Below, one piece after another: positions 49,637 to 58,891 of a stretch of 64,000 nt of DNA. Position 1 is the stretch's first letter; every line of letters starts with the position of its first letter. Origin of the DNA: a virus. Where the stretch lies: the IMG/VR virus record IMGVR_UViG_3300010396_000048, positions 4,022-68,021 of that record; one strand, given 5' to 3'. Position numbers and translations under genes: made by a program. The notes beneath the pieces were generated by a model, which saw nothing but the letters and a program-made list of their open reading frames with translations, made no database searches and was not told the origin of the DNA.

Positions 49637-50542
49637 TTAGCGGCGCAAAGTGGCCTTGTAGTCCTTGAGCGCTTGCGCGCGCTGCTTGCGGTCGAGACCG
49701 CGCAGATCTGGCAGACCGAACGTGTTGCCGCCAGTACCGGAGCCGTTTGCGGATCCCCCAGCTGGCGATGCTCCACCACTCGTGGAGTTCCGCCGCGTGC
49801 CCGAGCCGTTTGCACTGCCCTGGCCGCCAGCGGCATTCCCGCCGGCCGCTCCATTGTGTCCGACACCCGCGCTCGAGCCAGAGCCCGAACCGTCGCTTGA
49901 GCCAGCGCCAGCACCCGAGCCTCCGTCACCGGAACTCGAGCCGTCGCCAGCACCGCTGCCATCTCCACTGGCGGCCGCCGCTTTGAACAGAGCCGCGTGG
50001 GACGACTTGAACGCGGCTACCGCCTCGCTCAAACCTTTGATGTCGCCCGTCTTTGAATCGATGCTGATCTTGCCCTCGTTGTCGGAGAGCATGAGATTGG
50101 TTACGGTCGGATCGAGTACTCCCGCTTCCACCATCATGGCACGCGCTTCGCCGTGGATGGCGCGACGCTCCATGGTGGAAACACGGCCATTCAGCGCGCC
50201 GTTCTCCTTCTTTAGTTCGCGGGTCTCGTGGCGACGTTGTGCGGCTTCGCGACTGACCTCTTCGAACCGCCGATTGGCCTCTTCGATCGAAGCAAACCGC
50301 CCGTCGTTGCCGCGCGCGTCGTGCCGTGTTCCGCCGCGATCACCGTCACTTCCCGACCTATCGCCAGGCGCACCGGCGTCGCCGCCGGCCGCGCCGCTGG
50401 ATGCGCTTCCTGCGCTCGAGCCGGCGTCTGAACCGGTTGAACCGTTAGCATCGCTCTGGCTCGAACCGCCGCTAGCATCGCCACCTTGCTCGCCATCGAA
50501 CAAAGCGAGAACATAGTCAGGCAGTTCCTTATTGAATTTCAC
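49637..50542 (-). CDS. Capsid scaffold protein
   Basis: Gly/Ser-rich ends, central coiled coil (EAAQRR.E.REL), between portal and capsid. Confidence 0.8.
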   Translation of the reverse strand: MKFNKELPDYVLALFDGEQGGDASGGSSQSDANGSTGSDAGSSAGSASSGAAGGDAGAPGDRSGSDGDRGGTRHDARGNDGRFASIEEANRRFEEVSREAAQRRHETRELKKENGALNGRVSTMERRAIHGEARAMMVEAGVLDPTVTNLMLSDNEGKISIDSKTGDIKGLSEAVAAFKSSHAALFKAAAASGDGSGAGDGSSSGDGGSGAGAGSSDGSGSGSSAGVGHNGAAGGNAAGGQGSANGSGTRRNSTSGGASPAGGSANGSGTGGNTFGLPDLRGLDRKQRAQALKDYKATLRR

Positions 50543-52330
50543 TTAGGCGGGTACTCCTTCTTTCGCTGGAGGTGTTACCTTGTTGAGCGCTTCCTGACGC
50601 GTGACTTCTTGCGCGACGTCGTTCGCCTGGTCGGCTTCGATTCGCTCACGCTCGTCGGATACGTTTTGCACGTCGTACATCGCGCCGACGTTGGCAATGC
50701 CGGTCTCTTGCGAGATGAAGTTGTTGTCCTTAGAAATCGCCGCGGCTTGAACTTCGAACAACTTCTCCTGACCGTGCAACTCGTAGTAGTCTGGCCATTG
50801 CCATTCGAGGTTCGCTTCAGCGTCGGGCTTCACGGAGGAGGCGTCTTGCAATGACGGAAGCGCGACGTCGACCTTGTCCGCCATACGCATAGCCAGGCGT
50901 AGGAGGCGCGAACCGGCGTGTTCACCGCATGTTTGCCGCAAAATACCGCAGAGAACGAGTTGGGCGAAGTTTAGGAGCTTCATCGCGGCCGCCGAAAGCG
51001 GGCCAGAGGCTCCGGTTTTGGAGTCGGGGGTCACGCGGGACATCGCGCCGGCTTCGCGCGCGAGATCGCGCAGCGTTTCCACGTACGTATCGATCGCGAC
51101 CTCGAGCCCCTGGCCCGTGATCTCGACAAACTTTAAGTCGCCGCCGGCCGAGGACTCAAGGACATCGGATGCCGTTCCACCCATGGCAACGTCCGTGCCG
51201 AATCCGAACTTGCCTGCAGCCGCTTCCGGGCCAGCGGCCAAAATACGCGCCATCTGTGGATCGCCGGCGTAGTCCAATGCGCGGCCGGTCTGCGACACCG
51301 TGCGGTCGATTCGGAATTGATAGTCGATGACAGCGTCGAAGATGCACGCGCCGTCTGGATACAGGTCGTCCGCGTCGATCGGGAAGGGCCGCACCCACTG
51401 CCCAGGCACCTCGCCGAGCTCATGGTCGAACGTTCTTCCTGTATCGAGGATCCAACTCGACTGTTTCCAATCGCGACGCTCGTAGATGAAGCGAGGGACG
51501 GGTTCGTACCATGTCTCGGCCTTAGTGTCGAGCGTCACGCGCAAGACCCAATCCTGCTTCGCGTTCATCCCGACTTGAGACTGAGCATATATCCGGGCAG
51601 CGTTCTTCCATGCACGGTTGCCCTTGGCGTTCCACTGCTGAACGATCGCGTCGACGTCGTAGCCCTGTGCACGTAGCGAGTCCTCGGAAATGAAATACTC
51701 CCGATTTACTGAGATCAGGTCATCGGGCGACTGCCGATCGAAGACCGGCGTGCATTGTTCGGCCGGCCACAATTCGAAAAAATACTTGCCCGGACCGTCT
51801 GGCTCCCGACGCGATGTCGGTTCCCCGCTTTCGGGATCGGGATCTCCGGGAACGTCTTTCTGCTTGCCGAGAACGCGCAATACGACGAATGCCGAGCCAA
51901 CCGAGCCCTGCCAGGTCGCGTCCATCATCGTCAGCCAGAATTGGGTATCCTTGATGAAGGCGGCAATCCAATCGGTCGTAGGCGTCTCGCGCCTCGCCGT
52001 CGACTGTCCGCCGCTGCCTTGCGATTCCCTGGGAGTCTTCTCATCCTTTGAAATGACGAGCGGTCGATGGTCCTCGCCGAAAAGCAACCCCACGACGTCG
52101 CGTACGAGCTCGATCGGGAGCGGATACTGCGTAGCGGGGCGCCGGTTATCAAGCAGGATACGCTTGCCGCTGAACCCGTCGCCGTCACGCTCCTGCGAAA
52201 ACGCATTGGCGATATGAGCATAAAGTTTACCCTTGAGCGCGCGACGATATGCATCGAGCCTTTTCTGTCGCTCCGTCCACCGAGCGCACTGTGTGCGAGC
52301 GATTGCGGCGCGGTATGCCTGGAAGTCGAT
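50543..52330 (-). CDS. Portal protein (SPP1 gp6-like), probable ATC start
   Basis: After terminase; SA.AMKL, W..Y, ISQET motifs; frame open 79 codons upstream of the first GTG, to an ATC 7 nt after AAAGGAG. Confidence 0.85.
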   Translation of the reverse strand: MDFQAYRAAIARTQCARWTERQKRLDAYRRALKGKLYAHIANAFSQERDGDGFSGKRILLDNRRPATQYPLPIELVRDVVGLLFGEDHRPLVISKDEKTPRESQGSGGQSTARRETPTTDWIAAFIKDTQFWLTMMDATWQGSVGSAFVVLRVLGKQKDVPGDPDPESGEPTSRREPDGPGKYFFELWPAEQCTPVFDRQSPDDLISVNREYFISEDSLRAQGYDVDAIVQQWNAKGNRAWKNAARIYAQSQVGMNAKQDWVLRVTLDTKAETWYEPVPRFIYERRDWKQSSWILDTGRTFDHELGEVPGQWVRPFPIDADDLYPDGACIFDAVIDYQFRIDRTVSQTGRALDYAGDPQMARILAAGPEAAAGKFGFGTDVAMGGTASDVLESSAGGDLKFVEITGQGLEVAIDTYVETLRDLAREAGAMSRVTPDSKTGASGPLSAAAMKLLNFAQLVLCGILRQTCGEHAGSRLLRLAMRMADKVDVALPSLQDASSVKPDAEANLEWQWPDYYELHGQEKLFEVQAAAISKDNNFISQETGIANVGAMYDVQNVSDERERIEADQANDVAQEVTRQEALNKVTPPAKEGVPA

Positions 52331-52349
52331 GACTCGGCTCCTTTCGGGC

Positions 52350-52853
52350 TTACATGCTCAGGGCAGGACTGCGTCCCGGGACGACGGCGTCGGCCGTATC
52401 GGCCGAGCGAACGCGCCGATTTCGGCGCAAAGGTGGTGACCCGCGAACTGGGTCGATGCGCTGCGCGGCGCCCGTGATCGGGACGACGTTGTCCGCTTCC
52501 GGGGGCGCGGCTTCTTCTTCTGTCGGCTGGATCTCGCCGTCGCCGACCATCCGCGAGACATCCGGAGCGACTACGCTATTCGGGTCGAGTGCCGCCGCCA
52601 TTTGAGCGCGCCTTGGCCTCTCGCCGACGGTCTCAATAACCTGTGCAGGCTTAGGGTGGCTATTCATCGCGACAGCCGCCGCAAGACACAGTGCGTTCTT
52701 TAGGTCCGTTTCCGAGGAGAACTCCAAACGCGTGCCGCAAGCCAATGCCTGCATAGCGACAACCGATTCCCCGGTCTCGTAGTCGTACCGTTCGGTGCGG
52801 TAGACTTGAAGCGGTATCCTCTCTTTGATCACAGAGAGATATTTACTTGCCAT
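52350..52853 (-). CDS. Hypothetical protein between terminase and portal
   Basis: 167 aa with low-complexity C-terminus. Confidence 0.65.
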   Translation of the reverse strand: MASKYLSVIKERIPLQVYRTERYDYETGESVVAMQALACGTRLEFSSETDLKNALCLAAAVAMNSHPKPAQVIETVGERPRRAQMAAALDPNSVVAPDVSRMVGDGEIQPTEEEAAPPEADNVVPITGAAQRIDPVRGSPPLRRNRRVRSADTADAVVPGRSPALSM

Positions 52854-52889
52854 TTCCCCGAAACAAGTCGCCAAGCGAACAGTCCTTTC

Positions 52890-54299
52890 TTAGCGAATCG
52901 TGCTGACGGACGCGAGATGCCGCTCAGCGATCGGGTATTCATACACGATCGGATACGACCACGCGTCCGCAAGGTGCGTCACGAGGCGGACGGGCTTGCC
53001 GTCTTTGATCTTCGGCACCTCGACGATCGATGTGCCAGGCCTGAAGTACATGCGCTCGAGGTCGAGCGGCAGATTCACACAACGTTCGTGGATCACGACG
53101 CCGAGGTTGCCGTTGGCGTCCTCGAGCATCCGGTTTCCAGACTTGTACCGCAGCGTGCGATCGGGGTTTGCCGCTGGCACCTTTGCCGTTCCAGAGAAGC
53201 CGAGGTCGGCCAGCGCCATCCGCAGACTCTCCCAATCGGATAGGCCGGTCTGCCGATTGCCCTGATAGCCAGAGGCATCGCCGTACAGCAGGATGCCGTT
53301 GCGTTTCGCGATGCGCGCGAGATCCCCGCGGTTCAGCAACTCCTTCGCTACCAGGTCGATCGTCGAATCGCGAATATAGAACTCATCGAGAACATACATC
53401 ACGTCCTCTTGGTATCCATTCACGCGAACGCGGCGCCATTGGAACAGCACTGAGCAGAGCGGGTCGATGTTGAAGTCTTGCCCGAGGCACAGCGGCAATG
53501 TCGGGTCCGGCCGTAAGGCCGGCAGACCGCGGCGCCTTGCTTCGGTTTCGCCGAGAACATGTCGGCCACGGTTGAACCGACGCCAGACGCGACCGCGCTG
53601 AATGTCGCCAAACTTCCCGCCGAGTTCAATATCAGCGACTTCAGGGTCGTAGTTCCGACGGAGACTTTGAATGTAAGCCGCAGGCAAAAACGGGTTGTCT
53701 TCCGTGGCCGCCGAGATCAGGCGCACCGCTGGCTTGCCGGTTTCCGGCAGAGGCTTCGTGCACTTGTCAACGAGCCAATGATCCATCGTGTGGGGCGGAT
53801 TAGCCGTGATCCGAAGATTCAGCGGCATATTCGGGTAAAGTCGACGCTGGCGATCGGTGCCACGACGTCTGGCCAGTACAAAATGGTACGCCATCTCGGA
53901 CCATGCTTGCGCCTCATCGATCCACACGTAGCAGAGCTCGAGAGACTTGAAGTCGAGCGGGTTATCGACCGACCAGACGGCCAACCAGCAATCGAAGGTC
54001 GAGAGGTAGACCTTGTGTTCCGAGCGGATCTTGTCGACGTACTGAACGCCCCAATGATCGCAACGCTCGAAGAACGAGCCCATCGTGCCCTGCGACAGCT
54101 GCGGATAGGTGTTCGAGAAGATGCCGATGCCGGGCTTCTCGCGTGTCCCGCACCGCGGATATGTGGCCGCCATCTTCAGGACGTCATCGGACGCGACGAC
54201 TGTCTTGCCCGTCCCGACTCCGCCGACGAAGGCAACCTCGGCTTCCGGCGCGTTGTAAAAGTCATCTTGCGCCGGCAAGTGCTCAAGAATTACGTTCAT
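52890..54299 (-). CDS. terL: Terminase large subunit
   Basis: GGVGTGKT (Walker A), WIDEAQ (Walker B), TANP, DNPFLP, GQDFN, YGDASG, HLADA..Y. Confidence 0.95.
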   Translation of the reverse strand: MNVILEHLPAQDDFYNAPEAEVAFVGGVGTGKTVVASDDVLKMAATYPRCGTREKPGIGIFSNTYPQLSQGTMGSFFERCDHWGVQYVDKIRSEHKVYLSTFDCWLAVWSVDNPLDFKSLELCYVWIDEAQAWSEMAYHFVLARRRGTDRQRRLYPNMPLNLRITANPPHTMDHWLVDKCTKPLPETGKPAVRLISAATEDNPFLPAAYIQSLRRNYDPEVADIELGGKFGDIQRGRVWRRFNRGRHVLGETEARRRGLPALRPDPTLPLCLGQDFNIDPLCSVLFQWRRVRVNGYQEDVMYVLDEFYIRDSTIDLVAKELLNRGDLARIAKRNGILLYGDASGYQGNRQTGLSDWESLRMALADLGFSGTAKVPAANPDRTLRYKSGNRMLEDANGNLGVVIHERCVNLPLDLERMYFRPGTSIVEVPKIKDGKPVRLVTHLADAWSYPIVYEYPIAERHLASVSTIR

Positions 54300-54661
54300 C
54301 TGGTGGTGCTCGGCGGTGGTGGCGCCAGCACGCGGTTCGCGCGCAATGGCTTCGCCAGGCGATCGTCATCGCGCATATTTGCTCGCCGCCCCGCTTCGAT
54401 CACGTCGGTAATGTTCACACGCACCGCAACATAGGCGACCGTCCTGCCGGTTGGCATGTCGGGGTTGAAGTCGTCGGGGCTGTCTTCGTGAAACACGCGT
54501 CCAACGACGCACCCGATGATGCCTTCCCAGAGGTACACCTGGTGAGACATCTGCCGCTGCGGCTCAAGATCGAACACGACGTGCGTGTGGCCAAGCTCCC
54601 GCTGCTTCAGCGCATAGGCGAATGCCGCGCGGAGCGAATCAAGGCTTCCGTTTACGACCAT
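54296..54661 (-). CDS. Hypothetical protein
   Basis: ATGA-coupled to terL; start uncertain. Confidence 0.6.
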   Translation of the reverse strand: MVVNGSLDSLRAAFAYALKQRELGHTHVVFDLEPQRQMSHQVYLWEGIIGCVVGRVFHEDSPDDFNPDMPTGRTVAYVAVRVNITDVIEAGRRANMRDDDRLAKPLRANRVLAPPPPSTTR

Positions 54662-55064
54662 CGTGTACTTCGAGTGATCCCGGCGCCGTGCGCTCGATTC
54701 CGGCCATCGAAACCACCAATCCAAAGATGCAACGGTCCGATGCCGGTCCGGGGATAAAATACACGCGATAGAGCGGTTCGGTGTGCTCGCCGCGCTCGAG
54801 CACGACCTCTTCCACGCACTCGAACTGCTTGCCGATCGCGGCCATCGTCTGCGCCGCCGCTGAGATCGCTATGCAAGCGGCACGATTCTTCGAGTGGCCG
54901 ATGATGGTGACTTCCGAATCGCCGATGAGGCAACGCGTCTTAAACTTCGCCGGATCAGTCGGCTCCTGGTAGTTGTCCTCGACGAACGATCGAACCGGAA
55001 TACTGCCAGCTTCGGGAATCGGCGGCTCAGGATTTCCCGCCGGCGTGTTTTCTTGCAACGTCAT
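54639..55064 (-). CDS. prp: Prp-like (ribosomal-processing/YsxB family) cysteine protease
   Basis: VTIIGH...AACIAISAAAQT resembles Prp GHA...VCA.VS; C-terminal LVVSM..IE...P..LEV resembles Prp LVSL..IE..Y...I. Confidence 0.65.
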   Translation of the reverse strand: MTLQENTPAGNPEPPIPEAGSIPVRSFVEDNYQEPTDPAKFKTRCLIGDSEVTIIGHSKNRAACIAISAAAQTMAAIGKQFECVEEVVLERGEHTEPLYRVYFIPGPASDRCIFGLVVSMAGIERTAPGSLEVHDGRKRKP

Positions 55065-55345
55065 CCTCTCGTTGGGTCGACTGTCCGGCTCTCCAGAGAG
55101 TTGAGCCTATTTATTAGCACGTCAATCGTTGCCAGAAGGTTCCGATAGTCAGTCTGGTTAATGTGGCGCAGCCTCGCAAGGGCATCAGCCGTTAGTGGCG
55201 CGCCAGGGATATTTGGAAATCTTTCCGCGAACTCGGAGCTCCCGGCCAGCCACTCCAACTCCTCGGTCGGTAGCGATCTCGCAATAGTGTCGGCCAAGGC
55301 ACAACGACGCGCCAACTCGGCAGCGGTGTAAACTGCACCGCCCAT
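55061..55345 (-). CDS. Hypothetical protein
   Basis: 94 aa, coupled overlap. Confidence 0.6.
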   Translation of the reverse strand: MGGAVYTAAELARRCALADTIARSLPTEELEWLAGSSEFAERFPNIPGAPLTADALARLRHINQTDYRNLLATIDVLINRLNSLESRTVDPTRG

Positions 55346-55346
55346 A

Positions 55347-55661
55347 TTACGGATCGATGGCTTGGCTTTGAAGCTCTGGCTCGCCGGCCGACTGCAACGC
55401 GTACCCGCCGAAAGGCGGCGATACCGAACCGTCCGAACTGCCGGCGACGACCGCGGCGTAAATCGCCTCTTTGGCGTTGTCGACGATCGCCTGAGCGATC
55501 TCGGGAGCCTTGCGGGGGTCTAAACTGATGATTACCTCGTCCGGTAATCCGTCCTCATGCGCGTACGTGACCTTGAGCACGAGCACATCCGGTGCCCATC
55601 CGACCTCGAACTTCTCGGGCGGTCGCAGCATCGTCACCTTTGTATCGATCGGCTTATCCAA
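55347..55661 (-). CDS. Hypothetical protein
   Basis: GAGGAGG upstream of TTG, 104 aa. Confidence 0.65.
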   Translation of the reverse strand: MDKPIDTKVTMLRPPEKFEVGWAPDVLVLKVTYAHEDGLPDEVIISLDPRKAPEIAQAIVDNAKEAIYAAVVAGSSDGSVSPPFGGYALQSAGEPELQSQAIDP

Positions 55662-56064
55662 CCGCGCGACCCTCCTCGTCGACGTTTACCCTTGATGGCT
55701 CGAGGCGTCGCTGCGTAATCGTCAGCGTACCATCGGGCTCGACGACCTGCTCTTTGGCACCGTAGTCCGCTCGGTAGCGACGCTCCAAGAACCAGGTCGC
55801 CGTCGAGCTACCCTTACCACTGGCCAATGCAATCTTTGTCAGATTTTGCACGGCCTTCGCGCGCGCGCACGTCACGGCTTTACGGAAGCTGAGATACGGT
55901 TCTATGCCGCGGTCGCCCTTACGCATCCAATCGTGGAAGGCCATCTCGGAAACGCCATTTGCTTCGGCCGCATATTTCTCGGGGACCGAAATCTCTAGCG
56001 CCTCACAAATTGCCTTTTGCACCGATGGCGTCAGACTGGTCGGCGTTCCCGGCTTTCTGCCCAT
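55654..56064 (-). CDS. terS: Terminase small subunit-like HTH protein
   Basis: GR...LTP.....IC.AL......AA...GVS..AF..W, A.WFLERR...DYG; upstream of terL. Confidence 0.7.
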   Translation of the reverse strand: MGRKPGTPTSLTPSVQKAICEALEISVPEKYAAEANGVSEMAFHDWMRKGDRGIEPYLSFRKAVTCARAKAVQNLTKIALASGKGSSTATWFLERRYRADYGAKEQVVEPDGTLTITQRRLEPSRVNVDEEGRAVG

Positions 56065-56073
56065 GAAAATCTG

Positions 56074-56745
56074 CTACTTCTTGCTCCGAGCGGTCGTCTT
56101 CGCCGCCGGCTTGCGCTTCGTGGTCTCGGCCGGAGGGGTAGCGTAGGTTCGGCCGAGTGGGCCGCCCTTACGCTTGGGGAAGCCGCGGAAAAACTGGCCA
56201 GTGCCGCGGACCGGAGCAGCCGGTTCGCAGAGCCCCGCCATGGTACGCTTGCCGTCGAGCGTCCAGACCTCGGCGAATTGATGAAACGACTTGGCCGTGC
56301 CCCATTCGCCCATCCGAAGCACGAGCGATCGGAATGAAGGTACCCAGCGAGCCATCCGGTTCTCGCGCTTTTTGGCTTCGGCCAACATTCGAACGAGCCA
56401 ATCGGCTAACTCGGCATCGCCCACGTTCGGAAGCTGGTCGGCAGCAATCACGCCGCCTACACCCTGATCAGTGAGAATCGCTTGACGCAGGATCGCGAAG
56501 GCCGACAGTTCGGCGTCGCAGACGAAGGCCGGCGATTGAATCGGGGGCAGCGTGAGGGCATCGAACCGCCGCCAGGTCGCCCACACCCGGGTAACTATGC
56601 GGCGATAGATCTCCGTCAGTAACGCCCGCTCGCCCTCGATGAATACCTTGGCATCTGGGGATGCGTACGGTGCGCCTTCGATCGGCTTCAGCGCGTAGGT
56701 TGGGGCGCTGGCCTTGCGACTGCGGAGGAAACCGAAGATACCCAA
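56074..56745 (-). CDS. Hypothetical protein, first gene of the packaging operon
   Basis: AAGGAG RBS 6 nt before TTG 56745 (alternative GTG 56760). Confidence 0.65.
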   Translation of the reverse strand: MGIFGFLRSRKASAPTYALKPIEGAPYASPDAKVFIEGERALLTEIYRRIVTRVWATWRRFDALTLPPIQSPAFVCDAELSAFAILRQAILTDQGVGGVIAADQLPNVGDAELADWLVRMLAEAKKRENRMARWVPSFRSLVLRMGEWGTAKSFHQFAEVWTLDGKRTMAGLCEPAAPVRGTGQFFRGFPKRKGGPLGRTYATPPAETTKRKPAAKTTARSKK

Positions 56746-56785
56746 ATCGTGCTCCTTCACCCGGGAAAATCTTTGCTCGCAGGTG

Positions 56786-56826
56786 TTGACATAGTAGGCG
56801 GGAAGCAGTATGATGTGGACATAGTA
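56786..56826 (+). promoter_or_regulatory. Consensus sigma70 promoter with two GACATAGTA direct repeats
   Basis: TTGACA(56786)-N17-TATGAT(56809); repeats at 56788-56796 and 56818-56826; AAGGAG RBS follows. Confidence 0.8.
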
Positions 56827-56840
56827 AGGAGTCCACCAAC

Positions 56841-57101
56841 ATGCTGATCCAAATCGAAGTTCGCAACGTCTACGGCAACGAAATGATCTACCCGGCCAAC
56901 GACACAGCCGCGACGTTCGCGCACCAAGAGCGGCGATGGCTATGGCAGGAGCGTCGCGGGGAGGTCGATCGGGCGCCGGTCGCGCTCTGCGCATGCGGTC
57001 ACGCCGCGCGCTGGCACGCGTCGCAGCACTCCGAATACCGCAGCTGCGAGCTATGCGACTGCGAGCGCTCGCGGGAGGCCGTCCGTGCCGCCAACGCCTG
57101 A
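56841..57101 (+). CDS. Phage protein with C-terminal Cys/His finger
   Basis: AAGGAG RBS; I.V.NVYGN..IYP N-terminus; CACGH...H......C..C.C. Confidence 0.75.
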   Translation: MLIQIEVRNVYGNEMIYPANDTAATFAHQERRWLWQERRGEVDRAPVALCACGHAARWHASQHSEYRSCELCDCERSREAVRAANA

Positions 57102-57396
57102 CGATCGGCTCGCGCGCGTCGCTGCGGGGCTCGATGCGGCCCTCGCCCGAGTCGAGCATCGCTGCGAGGTCTGCGGCGCTCCGTGCGAGGCCGATCACGC
57201 GGAGGTGCTAGAGACACCGTCGAATGGCGCCCCGATGGGGGATCGTACCGACTACTTCCGCCAATACAAACGCGACCAACGCAAAGAAGCGCGGAAGGCC
57301 GGCCTCTGCATCATCTGCTGCACGCAGCAGCCCCGTAAGGGGAACGTTACCTGTGATCCGTGTCAGAAGCGGGCCAATGAGGCGAAGCGATCGTGA
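57085..57396 (+). CDS. Zinc-ribbon protein
   Basis: CEVCG; GLCIIC......TCDPC; GTGA-coupled to the TPR regulator. Confidence 0.6.
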   Translation: MPPTPDDRLARVAAGLDAALARVEHRCEVCGAPCEADHAEVLETPSNGAPMGDRTDYFRQYKRDQRKEARKAGLCIICCTQQPRKGNVTCDPCQKRANEAKRS

Positions 57397-58781
57397 CCAA
57401 CGATAACCATCGCCTCGCGGCGATCGAACGGCTACGCAGTCTACCCAATACCGGAGAGCGCCTGCACGCCATCATCTCACGCTGCGACCTGCAAGGTGAA
57501 CTCCACCGCTCGGTAGCCCAAGACCTCGGCATCTCCCGTAGACAGTTCTACCGGGACCTCTCAGCCGCGCGCGCTATCGTCAAGCAAACCTCAGTCGAAA
57601 TCGCTTCAGGGCCACGGATGACCGCAACGGAGTCGAGGGTTCACACCGCGCTCTCGCTTTCGGCTACAGGACACGGGCAAGCCGCTATCCTGCACCTCTC
57701 ACCCTTCGTTGCATCCCTTCGTGGGGATGAAGCGGTGTGGGGGAATGCGGTCCTGGCCGAACTATCGCTTGAGGCCGGCGACCTGAAAAGCGCGGAGATC
57801 GTCCTGCGCGTGGCCGAATCGTTCTGTATCGACCCGTGCGGTCCACACGCGGCGTATGCCTTGCACGTTTGGGCGAAAATCCTTCACGCCAAAGGCGTGG
57901 CCAACGAAGCCCACAAGACCCTTGAACACGCCGTCGCCATGCTCGAACGTTGCACGCCGACGCAGCTCGCACGCGATACTCTCAGCGATGCCCGTTCGCT
58001 CCTAGCCTTCTGCCATCACGAACGCGGGAACTTTGCCGAAGCCGCGGCGATCGACGCCCGCAACGCCGCAAGTCTCCCAAGCCTATCACCGCTCGGCAAG
58101 CGGCAATATCTCAACGTCCACGCCATATTGGCGTGTGATAGCCCACACGGGCCCGAGTTGGGCCGGGAAGCCTCTCATGCCTACCACGCCTATGCCGTGC
58201 AGCACGGGCTCCTGGACGACGTTTCCAATGCACTCTTGCAAATGGGCGGGATTGCGCGGTTCGAGAATCGGCTCGAAGAAGCCGAAGGCCACTTACAAGA
58301 CGCCCTGAACCTCAAACACGCCATCGGTCAGCCCACCGCTACCACACTAAGTATGATGACGGGGACCGCGATCGAAGCGGGCAAGGTGCAACTCGCCACC
58401 GCTCTCGCCAAGAATACCAGGGCAACGTCCCCCGAAGGGTCCTATGCCTGGGGGGCCTCCCACCTGCACGAAGCCGAAGCACTCATCGCATCGGGGAGGC
58501 ACCTGGAAGCCCAAACGGCGTGCGACACCGCTCGGGAATTCAATAACGGACGCAATACCCGTTTAGCATCGTGGAACCGTAGAGTCTCAGCTCTTATCCA
58601 CAAACGCTCGGGCGAAACGCGCAAGGCATTGCACGAAGCCGAAGAATCGTTAGAGATTCTTGGCGAGCATGGGCCGCCGTTTCACCGATTGAAGGGGTTA
58701 CTCGCAGCGGAAATCATCAAGCCATCGAACAACCGGGCAAGCAAAATCCGCGAACTTAAAAGCGTGCTGCGCTGGCCCTAG
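57393..58781 (+). CDS. HTH + TPR-repeat transcriptional regulator
   Basis: HRSVAQDLGISRRQFYRD HTH, then several TPR-like helix pairs (A...G...EA...L..A). Confidence 0.8.
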   Translation: MTNDNHRLAAIERLRSLPNTGERLHAIISRCDLQGELHRSVAQDLGISRRQFYRDLSAARAIVKQTSVEIASGPRMTATESRVHTALSLSATGHGQAAILHLSPFVASLRGDEAVWGNAVLAELSLEAGDLKSAEIVLRVAESFCIDPCGPHAAYALHVWAKILHAKGVANEAHKTLEHAVAMLERCTPTQLARDTLSDARSLLAFCHHERGNFAEAAAIDARNAASLPSLSPLGKRQYLNVHAILACDSPHGPELGREASHAYHAYAVQHGLLDDVSNALLQMGGIARFENRLEEAEGHLQDALNLKHAIGQPTATTLSMMTGTAIEAGKVQLATALAKNTRATSPEGSYAWGASHLHEAEALIASGRHLEAQTACDTAREFNNGRNTRLASWNRRVSALIHKRSGETRKALHEAEESLEILGEHGPPFHRLKGLLAAEIIKPSNNRASKIRELKSVLRWP

Positions 58782-58891
58782 ACGGTGCCACCGAACGGCT
58801 CGTCATCGTCCCACGGTTTCACGAACCGCGACACCGTAAGCACCCCGAGCGCCAGCAGAATCAAGCCGAACACCAGGAAGCGCCGTATCAC
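58778..58891 (-). CDS. 37-aa peptide with signal/TM segment and acidic tail
   Basis: MIRRFLVFGLILLALGVLTVSRFVKPWDDDEPFGGTV; GTGA-coupled to the lipoprotein; stop overlaps the regulator stop. Confidence 0.65.
   Translation of the reverse strand: MIRRFLVFGLILLALGVLTVSRFVKPWDDDEPFGGTV

Noticed and set aside
49700-50490. Gly/Ser-rich repeats in the scaffold as a separate repeat element
   Set aside because: Low-complexity coding linkers typical of scaffold proteins
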